Assembly (NCBI RefSeq): GCF_009914755.1
Contig: NC_060944.1
Strand: one strand, 5' to 3'
Source of the DNA: the human T2T-CHM13v2.0 reference genome, Homo sapiens
DNA length: 64,000 nucleotides
The position numbers were made by a program, and so were the translations under genes. The notes under the pieces were generated by a model that saw nothing but the letters and a program-made list of their open reading frames with translations, made no database searches and was not told the DNA's origin. Below are positions 37,620 to 51,750 of the stretch, one piece after another; the first letter of the stretch is position 1, and each line of letters opens with the position of its first letter.

Positions 37620-39070
37620 CTGAGCAGGGACAAAGAAGGTGGGCATTCAGCAGGGACGGGCTCTCATCAGCCTGAGGCAGCCTTGTGGGTGGACCCCAGG
37701 GCCAGTGGGCGTTTGGGAGTGCCCTGAAGGCGGCAGGAGCCCTCAAACCTTGAAGTGAGGGCTGGGTGGTGCTCCCCCTTGCCCGGTGGAAGTGGCCCCG
37801 GCTCTGGTTCCTGTCGGAAGCCAAGGCTAAGGGCCGGCACTGTCTGTAATTGAAGACAATTATGAGGTCTCGCATCCTGCAGGGGCGGATGGCAGGGCCT
37901 GGCTCTTACCCTTGTGAGCCAAGGTTGAAACAAGCGCTGTAAACAAGGGCTGCCGCTCCCTGCTCTCAGCCCAGGGACCGGGGCTCACTCTGCACAGGAC
38001 CCGGCGGCAAGAAGCGGGCAGCAGCACATGCCCGCCACCAGGCACTGAGGCTGAGCTGAGTGCCCCCAGCAGGCCTGGCGCCCTGACTCCCATGAAGCAT
38101 GCATGGAATTCCTTTCTCCCACTCCCCCAGCCCAGAGGACGTTTCTGTCTTCCTCCTTCCTAACCTTTGCTGTGCTTCAAAGATACGCTCTTGGGCAGCT
38201 TCCAGGGCTGAAAGGGCCAGCCCCAGAAGTGCAGAGAAGGAAGGGGGCGGGGCAGGCCAGGGTTCGGACCAGACCGCAAAGGGGGTTCAGCTCAAGGGCC
38301 TGGGGGGCCGCCAGGGCGTTCCAAACAGCCGGATGGCCTGCTAGAGAGGACCACGCCTGCCTCCTCTCTCCTCGCTGCCGGCTTCGGGCCGGCCCTTGGC
38401 CAGTCATCCGGGAACCCCCGGGGCGGGGCCCCTTCAACCCAGCCCTCCAGGGGGAAGGGCCCCCACCTCCTCCAGGCCCAGCCTTTCAGGAGCAGCAAGC
38501 AACTGTGCCTGGGAGCTGGCTGTAAAACCAAGAAAGATGACCCAGCAGCTCCCACACCCGGAGTTCTGGCCTCCCCCCAGCAAGACACAATGGCCTCTGT
38601 GGGCCCCCAGTGAGGACCTCTGACAGAGCACCCCCCAAGCCTCCCCTCCGGGGCCCCCCTCACAGACACCTCTTTTATAGTGAGCAAACACACTTTGGTT
38701 GGAACTTTCTTAGACTGCTGTCCCTGAGGCAGACACATCTGCTCCAAGTGCTAGGGAACCAGTGTGGATTCGCCTCCACTCCCTCCCCCACCGGCTGGGC
38801 TGGTAGGGAGTTTCCTGGAATTTATAGCTTCTGTGCAGTGTGGACCCTCTGCTGAATCCAGAGGACAGGAGCTGGGCTGTGACGCCTGTAGTCCCCACGC
38901 GGCACACCCAGGGCCTCGGGGGATGGACAGAGCCCACGTGTCCTCTAGTGTCCTCTCCCCACACACAGGCACACGCACTCACTCTGCCTCCCTCCCACAG
39001 GCTGCCTGCTCCATAAACACAAGCACCTCCACCCACAGCCCTCCTTCGTGAAAACTCGCTCACACACCCG

Positions 39071-39076
<6 letters not shown>

Positions 39077-39117
<41 letters not shown>
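39077..39117. repeat. (CA)n microsatellite
   Basis: About 20 CA units. Confidence 0.95.
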
Positions 39118-39120
<3 letters not shown>

Positions 39121-41119
39121 CAAAAGGCTCTGCACAAAGGGTACAAAGGGACAACAAAACTCTCCCCTGTGCTAACTGGATGGAGGGAGACGAAGGGGAG
39201 GGGGAAGAGAGGCTGGCAGGTGGGGGAAGGTTCCTTGGAGCCTTGAGCAAGGCTGCAAGGTGCAGCCGGCTCCCCATCTTCCCAGCTGGTCGTGCCATGC
39301 GGGCTCCGGGAACCAGGAACGGGGCATCTTGCATGGGCCCCTTGCTACTTCCTGGATGCCCAGGGGGTGCCATGCTCTGGGTTTGACCTGAAGTCACAGC
39401 TGAAGGAGGAAGACTCTTGGGTATTGTTCAAATGCTCACGACTTAAAAGACAGAGTATTCTAGTAACAGTTGAAAGTGCCACCTACTCCAAACTCCCCAT
39501 CCATCCATTCGACAGGTATTTACTGAGCACCTGCTATGGGCCAAGCTCCGCTCTAGGTGCTGGGAAACTCAGCTGTGGACCAGACACACTCCTGGCCTGC
39601 CTGGCACCCCTCGATCCACGAGGGAGATGGACAATGAGCAGAAAAACATTGATGACGGCTGCAAAGCACATGGAAGCAGGGCAAGAGGGCAGAGGGACCT
39701 GTTTGCCAGGGCAGCCCAGAAAAACCCCACGGGTCAGAAATGCTGGAGCAGAGGCCTGCGAGAAGTGAGGAGGGGAGCCCATGAGGTCTGTGTGGCTCCA
39801 CGCAAGTTTCAGGCACAGGCAGCAGCAAGTGGGGCACAAGCTGCTGGGTTTGAGGAGAGGCAAGGAGGCTGCTGTGGGCAGGCATGGGCGGGCACACGGG
39901 GACAGAGGAGCCACACGAAAAGTTCCCCTCCCACAGTGCACGTAACCCTGGCAGGGCCGTACCTGCCATCTCTAGGTTGGAGAAAGGCTCTTGAACTCCA
40001 CTCAATACGCACACTCTGGCCTCTCTCAGCCAAGTTCAAACCATAACAACAGAAGGCAAAGCTTCTCAGGGGCCCAGCGCTCCCCTGGACTTGTGGTATT
40101 TCACCCTCACTACAGGTCCACCAGGTAGGTACAGTTGACAGCCCCGCTCCACAGATGAGGAAACTGAGGCTCCAGGAGGTTAAGGTGCTCGCCCAAGGTC
40201 ACGAGCTAACACGAGGCAGAGCCAGATCTGTGCAATCGCCAAGGACTGGACACGCTCTCCTAACTGAGTTGGCCCTCGCCTAGAACCCACACTGCTGCTG
40301 TGAACCACAATCCCAATTCCAAGCTGTATCCAGCTGTCACTGTCTTGTGGGTCTCTGCCCTGTCTTTCCCTGGAAAACCTTCGGTCCTTCCAACAGTGGG
40401 GACCAGACTGTATGTCCTCTGAATCCCGCACAAGGCAGTGAGACTTGTTGAATCAACTGAATTGCCTGGCATAGTGTTGGTGTTTAATGAGGACGCTCCA
40501 TTAATTTGACAATTAAGGACTCTGGTCCCATTGCGCACAGTTCTTGAATGGAGGGCATATGAAGCCCGGGATGCAGGCTGGTGGGCTGGTGGCACCCTGG
40601 TGCCCTGCAATGCCTCCCTCCTGCCGCTGCCAGCCACCCCACACACAGCCAGGGTTTCTCTGGCTCACATCACTGAACTGTTCACCCAAATGCCCCCTCC
40701 AACCCTCACTCCCTTGATGGGTCCCACTGGGAAAAGGTGGGCTACACCTAACCTGGCATCAAAATCACCTGATTAGGAGGAGCACCCAGTGCCCACAGGC
40801 ACGGGACTTCAGGCTAATGGTTTTATTAGATTTCCTCCCATGACCCCATAACACAGGCACCCACGTCAGGCCTAGCTCCAGCTCTGATAACTGCCCCTGC
40901 GAGGCCCGCCCCGCCTGCCCCAACTGCCCAGGGGCACGAAGCCAGCAGCACAGCTGGTGTGTAGACCCAGGCAGCCTGTGCCCAGAGCCTGCATCACACT
41001 GTCACCGCACCATGGGCCACCTCACCACATCTCCTCCCTTCAATGGGAGGAACCAGATTCCTTAACAACCAAGTGTCTCAAGATGAGGCCCAGAGGGAAC
41101 TCATGGGTGATGAGGCTAT

Positions 41120-41124
<5 letters not shown>

Positions 41125-41164
<40 letters not shown>

Positions 41165-41173
41165 CTCTCTCTC
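41125..41173. repeat. (CA)n(CT)n microsatellite, followed by an L2 3'-end remnant
   Basis: Directly visible. The downstream catttattgagcatctactatgtgctggcactgtgctagg is L2-like. Confidence 0.9.
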
Positions 41174-41495
41174 ATGCATGCTCACTTTCTTCAATGAGTT
41201 GTTGCACATTTATTGAGCATCTACTATGTGCTGGCACTGTGCTAGGGACATAGATAACTAAGGCAGGGCTCCTTTACACCAGGCCTTGTTAGCTAGGAAA
41301 AGGGACCAGCAAAACTTCTGACCCACCTGTAGGTGCAGTGGGGAGACACTGTGGACACACTGCCTAGTCACCTAACGATGACTGCTTTCTCCCCAGCTCC
41401 CCAGGAAGTTTTCCCACAGCCTCCAGGGTTCTGCCATGTGGACCCCAGTTTTGTGAAAAGTGGTTCTAAGATTCTGATATCTTGACTGCTATAGC

Positions 41496-41762
41496 TTTTT
41501 TGAAAGACAGGATCTTACTGTCACATAGGCTGGAGTACAGTGGTGCAATAGTGGCTAACTACAGCCTCGACCCCCCAGGCTCCTGCCTCAGCCTCCCGAG
41601 GAGCTGGCACTACAGGCATATACCACCACGCCTGGCTAACTTTTAATTTTTTGTAGAGACAAGGGCTCACTATATCGCCCAGGCTGGCCTCGAACTCCTG
41701 GGCTCAAGTGCCTTGGCCTCCCAAAGTGCTGGGAGTGCGGGTGTGAGCTGCCACACCTGGCT
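41496..41762 (-). mobile_element. AluJ-like
   Basis: Diverged antisense Alu. Confidence 0.85.
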
Positions 41763-42330
41763 GCGACAGCAAATTTTTTTTAAGTGAGAAATCAAGTCTA
41801 TTAAGCCTAACTTTTCAAAAACACACAATACAAAAATAAGTTTTGGTCAGACTTACACAAACCCTTCAACACCCAGACTTTCAAGGGCTGAGGTAGAGAA
41901 GAAGACTTCCCAAGACCCCTCTGCAACCTGTCTGGCGCAGCACAGCCCAGTTCATGGGTGTAAGCCCCCCTAGCCGCAGATGGGCAGACTGTAGCTCCAG
42001 TCCCTCACTCACACCCTAAGCCAAGGCTGGAGAAGCAGGCTAATCACACAGGCAGTTACAAGTACACACAGATCAGAACCCGTCAACGACAACTGTGCAG
42101 AGGGGGAAAATACACCCAAGTCCAGAGGGCCATGCTGGAGGCACTGGTGCAGGTTTGAGAGTGGCCAAGGCCTCAGGCCTGCTCAGAGACCCAAGGTGCT
42201 CACTGGCTCACCCAGAGGTCACAGGGCGCTTTTTACTTTTCCCTTCAGGAATCTCAGATGAATTGAGGGCTATTTTCTCCCTTTCTGTTAACAAACTTCA
42301 ACAAAACTTACATTAGAGAATAAAAGTGTG

Positions 42331-42462
42331 GGCTGGGTGTGATGGCTCACACCTGTAATGCCAACATTTTGGGAGGCTGAGGTGAATGAATTGCTTAAGG
42401 CCAGGAGTTCAAGACCCACCTGGGCAACACAGTGAGACGCCGTCTCTATTTACAAAAAAAAA
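42331..42462 (+). mobile_element. Alu monomer (FLAM-like)
   Basis: Left-arm sequence plus A tail, with an aaaagtgtg duplication. Confidence 0.8.
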
Positions 42463-45439
42463 GTGTGTGCAATCCATTACTTCTGGGTTCCCTCTCCCCA
42501 GTCCCCATGTGACTGGCCAGTCAGCTACCCCCTGGTTTCTCTAGCCTCTGCCCTTTGGACACCCTGAAGCCCGTGGCCTTGCCCACCCAGCAATCATTTA
42601 TTCCAGCACCAAAGCCATCATGGGTCACAGGGTAACAGAGCCAAAGCCAAATGCTCTTCTGAAAAGGGAACTTAAGAGTTAGGCAGGCAGATGGGTAGCA
42701 CCCAGTCAGCCTCTGGGACACACCCCAACCTGGGAGCCCTGCCTCTGGGGCAGAGGGAGAGGAGCTGACCAGACTCTCCCTGCTCTTATCTTCAGTCCAA
42801 AATTCATGGACAGGTTCAGTCTCTCTCCACCCAGCTTCTGAGGCCCTTCCTCTTCTGCATGGTAACTAGCACAACCACTGCCCAGCCCAGGAGGAGGAGA
42901 AAACGGGAGACCAGAGGGGAAATGGTGGAAATGGGCCTGTATCCATGGCTTGTAACTACGGGCAGGTGCTATCAGTAACCTGATTATTTTACAACTGGGG
43001 TCAATTTCTCTGGAACTGGGTTCCTGGTGCCTCTGAAGTTGAGCCATTTGCATCCTCCAGGACTTGGGATCCTGGGGCGTGCCTCACACGGTATTTTCCA
43101 GACCCTTCCTGAGAGCTGTAATTCTATCTCTACAGCTTGCTTGAGAAAGAAAAGGAGGAGGATTTGCTGAGAATTTAGTGCAATTTTAAGCCATAAGCCC
43201 TGACCAGGAGCCCTGGGTGTGTGTTTCAGAGGAGGGCAGGGGCAGGGATGTGCAGGGGATGTTTCTGGGCCAAGCAGGAAAGAGACCCCTCTCTATACAG
43301 CCCCCAGGCTTGTTCGACAGGAGGCTAAAGCTCCCACTGGGAAGAACACCAGCCTCAGGGGGTTGCCCCAGCACCAGCTCTATCCCAAAGCGGAGTCTCT
43401 TCTCAACCCACTGGTGGGCCCCTCCTTCTGGACACCTGTAGGCCCCTTCCAGGCCCTGGACATTCTTCCACACGAGGCGACTCTCCCCCTTGTCTCCATG
43501 TCAGCGAGCATTACACACGCAGCCTTCTGAGCATGCCAAGAAGGTACTGAACCGCATGTGACCCCAACTTAACCACTTCAGTTCATCAGATGGCTTATTA
43601 ATGGAAGACGAAAAACCCCCAGCATCTAAAGCAACAGGGGTTCAAATCCTTGTTGTGAAGGAGCCGCACACATGAAACAGGAGGGTGGTCTGAGCCACAG
43701 CTCCTGGGGGGTGTGGGGTCCCAAGGCTGTTGCTTCATGGCTACACCCCAAGCCCACCTAGCCACCAGGGAAGGAGGCCAGCCTTCCAGCACTCCCTGCA
43801 CAATTCCACTCCTTCCTGCAAACATGCCTCCTCTGCTTACTAGCCATGCAAGCACCAGCTCTTCTGGGAAATATGAGGCAGGAAGGGCTGAGACACAGCC
43901 AATCACCTACCACACTGGAGGCATTCTCGCTCTCTCTCCCTCACACTCACTCACACGCACCCTGTGTCTGTCAGAAGCGTATTCCCATCTACATGTGGTC
44001 CTCTGTTGTCCCTGCTGTCATAGACACCTGGATGCTGGAAGTGAGCATTTCCCACACCTTCCCACTGTATATCAAGTGGAAAACAGGCTTTTGTTCCTAA
44101 GCAAAGGCACCTGGCTGCTCCCCATCAGCATTCCTCACCACGAGGGCCTCGCTGGTACCCTCAGACCCTGCCATTAATGGGGGTTTCTTTAAAAGTGAAG
44201 CTGGAGAGAGGAGCTTCAGCAGACAGGGATCTTCCAGCCAAAAGGAAGGCTGGAAGGGAGCCGCTGTGAGCTAATCCCCTGCAGGGCTGTCCTTCCAAGA
44301 AAGGAACCCAGACAACACAGAAAAAGTTCTTGAGCAATTCCCAGGCGGTCCAGCTCCACAGAGCCCCAGGGTAGGGGCCGCAGGAAAAGTTCCCCAAAGG
44401 CGTCTTCTCAGCTGGGAGGAAGGCCGTCTTCTCAGCTGGGAGGAAGGCCGCAGTGAGCTCTGTTCCCACTGTGCGGCAGGAAGGTGCTGAATAGGGTGGT
44501 GTCGCCCAGCTCAAGAGGTGCTGTCTTAAAACCCTGCTCTATAAAGCAAGCCCAGCCTGAGCCTGGATTAGACAGGAGCTTGATATTATTCAAGGACACA
44601 TTTAGGCCCTAATGGCTTTCCAATGAAGGGGTAATTTACTACCCGGGGGGCTAAACTACCACAGGGCCTGGGCCATAAACGGGCCTTTTCCCCAGACCAA
44701 CTCAGTCCAGAATCCGGCCTGTGTCAGGGGTCAAGACAGGGGCCTGGTCCCATCACACAGATGGCTCTCCCCAGAAGAGCCATGAGGTCCCCCAAACACC
44801 TCTCCCCACACCCCCTTTGGTGTGTGTGAGTTGGTGGGGCGGGGCGGGGGGGGGGGGGAGCAGGCTGGGGTTGCCAGCTGATTCTGGGATAAGTAGGGCT
44901 TTATCTCAAGGGAGAATCTATTTCAAGCCACAATCCTTCTCAGAAAGAGGAGGAAATCACAGAGTCCAAACACCATTTCAGGTGAAATCAGGAGGTTATT
45001 CATCTCCCCTCAGAGCAGACAGAAAGGAAAATCAATGTTTTAGAGGGGGAAAAAAGGTTCCATTTGAATTAATGGGTTTGTGGCTTCTCCATTGATCTGA
45101 GCCTCTTCACACTTTCTTTTTGTGCTTTTGTGCTCTTGGGGAGAGGGGAGGGAGTAGGGAATGGGGAGGAGGGGGTGGGCCTCCCATAAGGAAAAGGACG
45201 GTCTAACCTTAACCTTTCTACAGGAATAATGCTAATTAGCGAGGCTTAATGAGAACTTCCCCCAGGAAGCGCAGCCCGGTAGGGGCGGCCGGACTCGGGC
45301 AAACGCAGCTCCGGGTGGGAGCAGGGTCACTTCTGCTCCCGAGCGGCTGGAATAAAAATGCGGATTGCACTCCCCCCTCCTCCCTATCCAAAGTGTCCAG
45401 CCTTGAAGACAAGGTGGAGGGAGGAGAGAGAGGGCGGAG

Positions 45440-47760
45440 GTGTAAATCCAACTTAACCCCTGCGCGCGCCCTCGAGGCGGCCGGCTGCCCCCGCCCCGCC
45501 GTGTCCCCTCATTAAGGAAGGCCCCTTCGCCAGGGGCCGCCAACGCCCGCGGCTTCCGGTCAGACGGTGCACCTGAGAGGGACACCCCGTCCCCTCCCGG
45601 GAGGGACCCGGGCCTGCTGAAGTGGGCTCAACTCTGCAAACCGCGTCTCAACTCCCCGCGCCGCGCCGGGGAACCCCTCCCTGACACTCAACGCTTCCCG
45701 TCCTCACATCCCCAAACACAGTCCACTTCCCTTCTCGTGGCGGCCGCGGCAACCCGAGCCCGGCCCCCGCCCCGCCGCCAGAGAACGCCTCCCTCGCCGG
45801 GACGCGGTGCCGAGCCCGCTGCACACCGAGCGGCCGTGGCACAATACCGCGGCGCTGCGCGCACAATCACCGCCCCCCAGGACCCGCGGCGCGCACCCCG
45901 GGAGTGGGGTGCGCCCCGCGACCCTGGGCGCTCAGGGCCAGACACACCTCTTGGGCGCCCCGCGGCCCCCACAGTGCAGCCTTCATCGCCCCCCCTCCAC
46001 TCTCGGGCACACTCACCCGCCCCCCGCCCCAGCCCACTCGGCCCAGGGCGCAGCCGCTCCCCCGCGCCCCCTCCCTCAGCCCCGGCAAAGGAAGCTCCCC
46101 CTGCGCCCCCCTCCCCAGAACCGCCCCCAGCCCCTCGCCCCCCTAACCGCAGCTCAACGGCCGGCGGCAGCAGCCGGAGAAGGGGGGCGGCGGCCCGGGC
46201 CCCGGAAACGGCCCGATCGCCGGGATCCGGGCCGGACTCCGTACCTGGGCTGGAAGCGAGGCGGAGATGGGCGGTCGGGATCCGCGAGTGAGCGGGGCGG
46301 GCGGCGGTGACAGCCCCACAGCTCCAGCTGCTGCTGCTGCTGCTGCCGCCGCGGCTGCCCGGGGAGAGGGGCTGGCACCACCGCGGCGCGTCACTGCCCG
46401 GCCCGGGGGCGGGGGTGGCCAGGAGGAGGGCCCAGGCGAGCAGCGGCGGCAGCGGCGGCGGCGCCGCGGCCCGGAGGAAGGGGGAGGGGGCACCGGGCAC
46501 GGGGAGGCGGGAGAGGGGGGCGGGACCGGGCACGGGGCGGGGGCGGGGGGGAGGGGAGCGCAGGGAGGGCGCAGGCAGGGGGAGTAGGAGGAGGAGGTGG
46601 CGGAGGGGCGGGTGAGAGGGAGGAGTGGGCACGGGGGGAAGGGGAGAGAGGAAAAGGAGGCACCCAGGGAGAGGGGAGAGGAGAAAGGAGGGAGAGAGGC
46701 GCGGGGGGAGAAGAGGAGGAAGGAGGGGGAGCTGGGCCAGGTAGGGGGGGATAAGGGCGCGCTGGACGCGCCGCCGTGCGCTTCGGTGGGGAGCGCGCTC
46801 TTAAGGGGGAAGCGCTTCGAGGAAGATCCTTGCACGGGGCTGAGCCCGGAAAGAAGGCGCTGGGATCTGTGCCTACCCATCGCTCCCGGAGGCTGCGGTC
46901 TCTGGGTCCGGTGGGGGCTGGGGGGAGAGGGCACCCGGCGGGCTGTCTGCGGTCAGGCCAGGAGAGGGAGACTTGGCCCAAATAAAGTGACTCAGGCACC
47001 CTCAGGAACTCTCGGCGCCCGGGGCCCCTTCGGGCAGCCTTCGACCCCCATGCGTCTTTCGGGTCCCCAGGGACGCGGGTACTTGTGGGGCGGGGCTGCC
47101 GGGCCTCGGGGTTCGGCTCCCCCGGGCGGCCGGAGCGAGACCCCGGGCTGGGAAAGCCAGGCACGTGGCCGGCTCTCGGCCGTACCCCCGCCCCACCCCC
47201 ACGGCAGGGCCCCCAGTGCTTGATCAAGTTCAAGCTCGAGCTCCTCGGCGCGCTGCCCACCGGCTGCCCCTCCGCGCCCCTCCCCCTTCCCCATCCGCAC
47301 CGTCTCGCTCTTCACTCTTCCTTTGTCTCTTTCCCACCACTTAGTTTACACCCCCTCCGCCCTCCTCCCCGCCCCCCGCGGGCACCCGAGTGTCCGGGAG
47401 GCGCTCACCTGTTCGACCCAAACATCTACGCGACCCCCAGCGCCCGCCGCCCGCGTGCCCGCCCCCGCCCCGCCGCCGGTCATTGTGCTCCGCCAGCCCA
47501 CACCGGGCCGGGTCCTGACGGCGCGCGAGCCACAGTTGTAAAGTAATAGGATAATCTCGGGGACGTCGCTCCAGCCCAGACCCGGGCACGCACTGTCCGT
47601 GGAGACGGCACCGCCGGGGAGGGGAGCCACGCGGATTCCAGATGCGGTCCCCCAGGCGGACAGACCCTTGCCCGGGGCGCAGGAGGAGGCAGGACTGGCA
47701 TCGCGGGGTGGGAGCCCTGGACCTCCGAGCAACCTCGGACTCGGCCCGAAAAGCAACACT
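45440..47760. promoter_or_regulatory. NOL4L: CpG island, NOL4L promoter (short isoforms)
   Basis: About 2.3 kb of very high GC and CpG density, with many GC boxes and - strand splice donors at 46245 and 47409. Confidence 0.9.
46245..46480 (-). other. NOL4L: Probable first exon of short NOL4L transcript (5' boundary uncertain)
   Basis: Donor CCAG|gtacgg at 46245/46244 inside the CpG island. Contains (CAG)6 and GCG runs typical of GC-rich leaders. Confidence 0.65.
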
Positions 47761-49529
47761 CTCATCACCAAACCGCAGAATTAGACCCCGATGGAGAAAA
47801 TGGGTCAGGGGATCCATTCCCACCCCACCCCTCCAAATCCAGACCCTCCGCTACCACAGATCAGCCTCGAAAAAAGCTTGTGCTTCAACAAGGATGGGGA
47901 ACTGCCCTCGTGGAATTCTGTGGGGAAATTGCCAAAAAAAAAAAAAAAAAAAAAAAACTGAAAAAAAACCCTGATAAGGATCCCACCTCCTGATTCCTCT
48001 GGTCGCATCCGAAGAGGAAGGGCAATTTCTACTGACTCTTTACGCTACCATTCATTCACGGTGGAACCAGCAGAGAAGAGAAAACGAGACAGCCACAGCG
48101 ATTGTTTGCAATTTTGAAACAGACTGCCTTTAACCCTCCAACTTTTTTTCTGTAAAAAGCCTTTTTTCTTTCTTCCTCTGAAAGCTTTGCATTGTGAACA
48201 ATCCATGGTAAACAAGGCTCCCTCTACAGCCGCGAGTGCGAAGTACAACCCCACAGGTTCAGAGCCCAGCGTTTACCCGTCAGAAAAATAAAATGATGAC
48301 AAGACATCACATTAGCGCCACGCAGGCTTCCTTCCGCACATGCTCAAGACTCTGCTGTCAATAGAAAACTCACACTTTCTTTTTAAAAGAGGGTTTAGGC
48401 ACATTTACTCATTTGCACCTTTTATTCCTGAAATCAAATGTGTTTTCAAACCAATTCACTCTCCCCAGTTTACTGGATCTTCTCATCCTTGGTGATGTGG
48501 GGCAGGTGGGAGGCTTTATTTATCCACACATGCTGGTGCCCAATAATGATTTTTAGAACGAACTAGTGGCCACAGCTCTTAAGTTCATCCAGGAAATGTG
48601 TTTCCAAACGCGGGAACTGTCCATCCTCACTCTGAAAATGAGATAATTCAGACTCAGGATTTCCCTTTCCCCACCACATTTTCAGAGACCTTTGACTTCT
48701 CCTGGCCTGAATTACTATTTCACAGCAGTGGTGGACATCTGAGCTTGAAATATAAAGCCAAATACAACTGAAGTTCAAAGGTGGAATTGAACCCAGATAA
48801 CCCACCTCTTCTCTGACTAATAAAAGAGAGCTAGTACCGCCCAGGAGGGCAGAGCAGTGATTTTCTGTAGGCATGAAACGTGAACTCATTTACTATCCCT
48901 GAGATAAAACAGCCCAGCCCTGCTCAACCCACAGAAAACAGTTGAGAGCCCTGCAGAAACCTGGCTGTTGAGCGGCACTGCAAATGAGGTGAGTTTTCAT
49001 GTGTGTGTGCTGAAGCCCTCAGAAATCTCCCAGATCCTTATTCCTACAGGAGCTGCCACTCCTGGAGTAACCTTGTATAGGTTGTTTTCAGTGTCCTTGT
49101 GCCACTCCCCCACTCCTTAAAGTGGCCACAGCATGAGTCCCAATGAGGAATCGGGTGACCTAGTTTCTTGACCACTAATTCTCCCAGTGATGTGTCCCTT
49201 CTTCTGGCCCCAGCCTGGTAGGAGACCATGGCAGAGAAAGCTGATCCCATCTGCTTCGGGGGGACAATGCTGCCACAGGTCCCCTCCAGCCTCTGAAGAC
49301 ATTGGGTGCTTTTGTAAACAGATGATTAGGGTATGCTCTGATGGGGCTTTTTAAGCAGCAAACCCCTTTCTTTCATGCAGCTTCCCATATGAAGTAAGCA
49401 TGTCCCACAAGTGGGGACCTGGCCATGGGACTCTGATTTGCCATTATTAGGACAAATAGGATCTTAGCGTGACCAGAGCAGACACTGTTCAAGCACGTCA
49501 AAACATTAAAAAAAAAAATTATCCCCACA

Positions 49530-50143
<614 letters not shown>

Positions 50144-50783
50144 TTAAAGAGAGAGAAATAACAACTAAACTTAATGTGTGACTCTTCTTAGATCCTGTAG
50201 AGATGGAATGAGGTGTGGACAAGGGGTGGGGGAGAGGCAGAGGATGGGGGTGGAATGAGGGTGGGGGCCAGGGTGGGCTCTGGGCTGAGTGGTCAGGGAA
50301 GAGCTCTCCCAGGAGGAAGCCACTGGGTGTCCTAATCCCCAGAGGGCAGAAGTTGACAGCTGGGTGAAGACCTGGGGGCACTGTCTTCCAGGCAGAGGGA
50401 ATAGTTGGTGCAAAACTGCTGATGAAAGGAAAGGTGACCAGAGTGCTAGAGCAATGTGGGCCAGGGGGAGGGCAGGAGGGATGAGCATCGGGGGGGCAAA
50501 CAGGGCCAAGCATGCAACATCCTGAACATCCCCCGTGAGGTGTGTGGGCTTTACACTGGGAGTGAGGAGAGGATGCAATCTGAGTTACGTTTTTAGATCA
50601 GGGGAGATGAGATTATAAAGGAGCAGAAGTGATGACAGGGAGGCCAGTGAGGAGGTCTAATGGAAAGAGTATCATCAGATGGAACTAGTTCAAATTCTGG
50701 CTCTGACACTAGATGGATGACTTTGGGCACCATACCTAAACCTCTCTAAGCAACAGTTTATTCATCTACATGTGATCCACAGT

Positions 50784-51090
<307 letters not shown>

Positions 51091-51584
51091 TAGCATTTGG
51101 CACCAAATTTTCCTCTTTGAGATTACAAACTGTGGTAGACAGTCTCCAAGATGGCCCATGATGACCCTCACCGCCCAGTTTCATACCCTGGTACCATCGC
51201 AATGCACAGGGCTGTGGAACCAATGGTGCATTGTGGAAATGAGGGTGTGTGACTGCCAAGGCTAGATCCTAAAAGACATCTTGATCTTTTCCCCAGAGGG
51301 AGTACTTGGTAGATGGTAGCTTTTATCATCAGGATTGTACATTTCATAATTGCACAATCGGGGTCACATCCCTCTCTCTAAATGCTACACTAGTTTACTC
51401 TGCCACCAGCAATATCTAGCAGCATTCATTTCACTGCACACTTGTCACTGCTTACTATTAGCAATCTCTTTTATCTCTGTCAATCTGAGGGAGGAAGAAC
51501 AGTGTCTCTTATTTTCCTTTGCTCCTCTTCACTTGGGAATGTAAGTAGATGTTTCTGTGCACTGTGTTTACGGGGCACTTGTAT

Positions 51585-51679
51585 TTCTTTTTCTTTCTTT
51601 CTTTTCTTTCTTTCTTTTCCTTCCTTCCTTCCTTCCTTCCTTCCTTCCTTCCTTCCTTCCTTCCTTCCTTCCTTCCTTC

Positions 51680-51750
<71 letters not shown>

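Noticed and set aside
44399-44450. 24-bp tandem duplication (similar ones at 31968-32010 and 57860-57910)
   Set aside because: Ordinary slippage duplications with no further structure.
45688-47260. Several 200-314 aa Pro/Arg/Gly-rich ORFs in the CpG island
   Set aside because: Stop-codon depletion from high GC explains them. Only frames in phase with the NOL4L acceptor were kept as hypotheses.
47800-49500. Possible divergent + strand lncRNA from the CpG island
   Set aside because: Plausible for a CpG-island promoter, but I could not define exons from the sequence alone.
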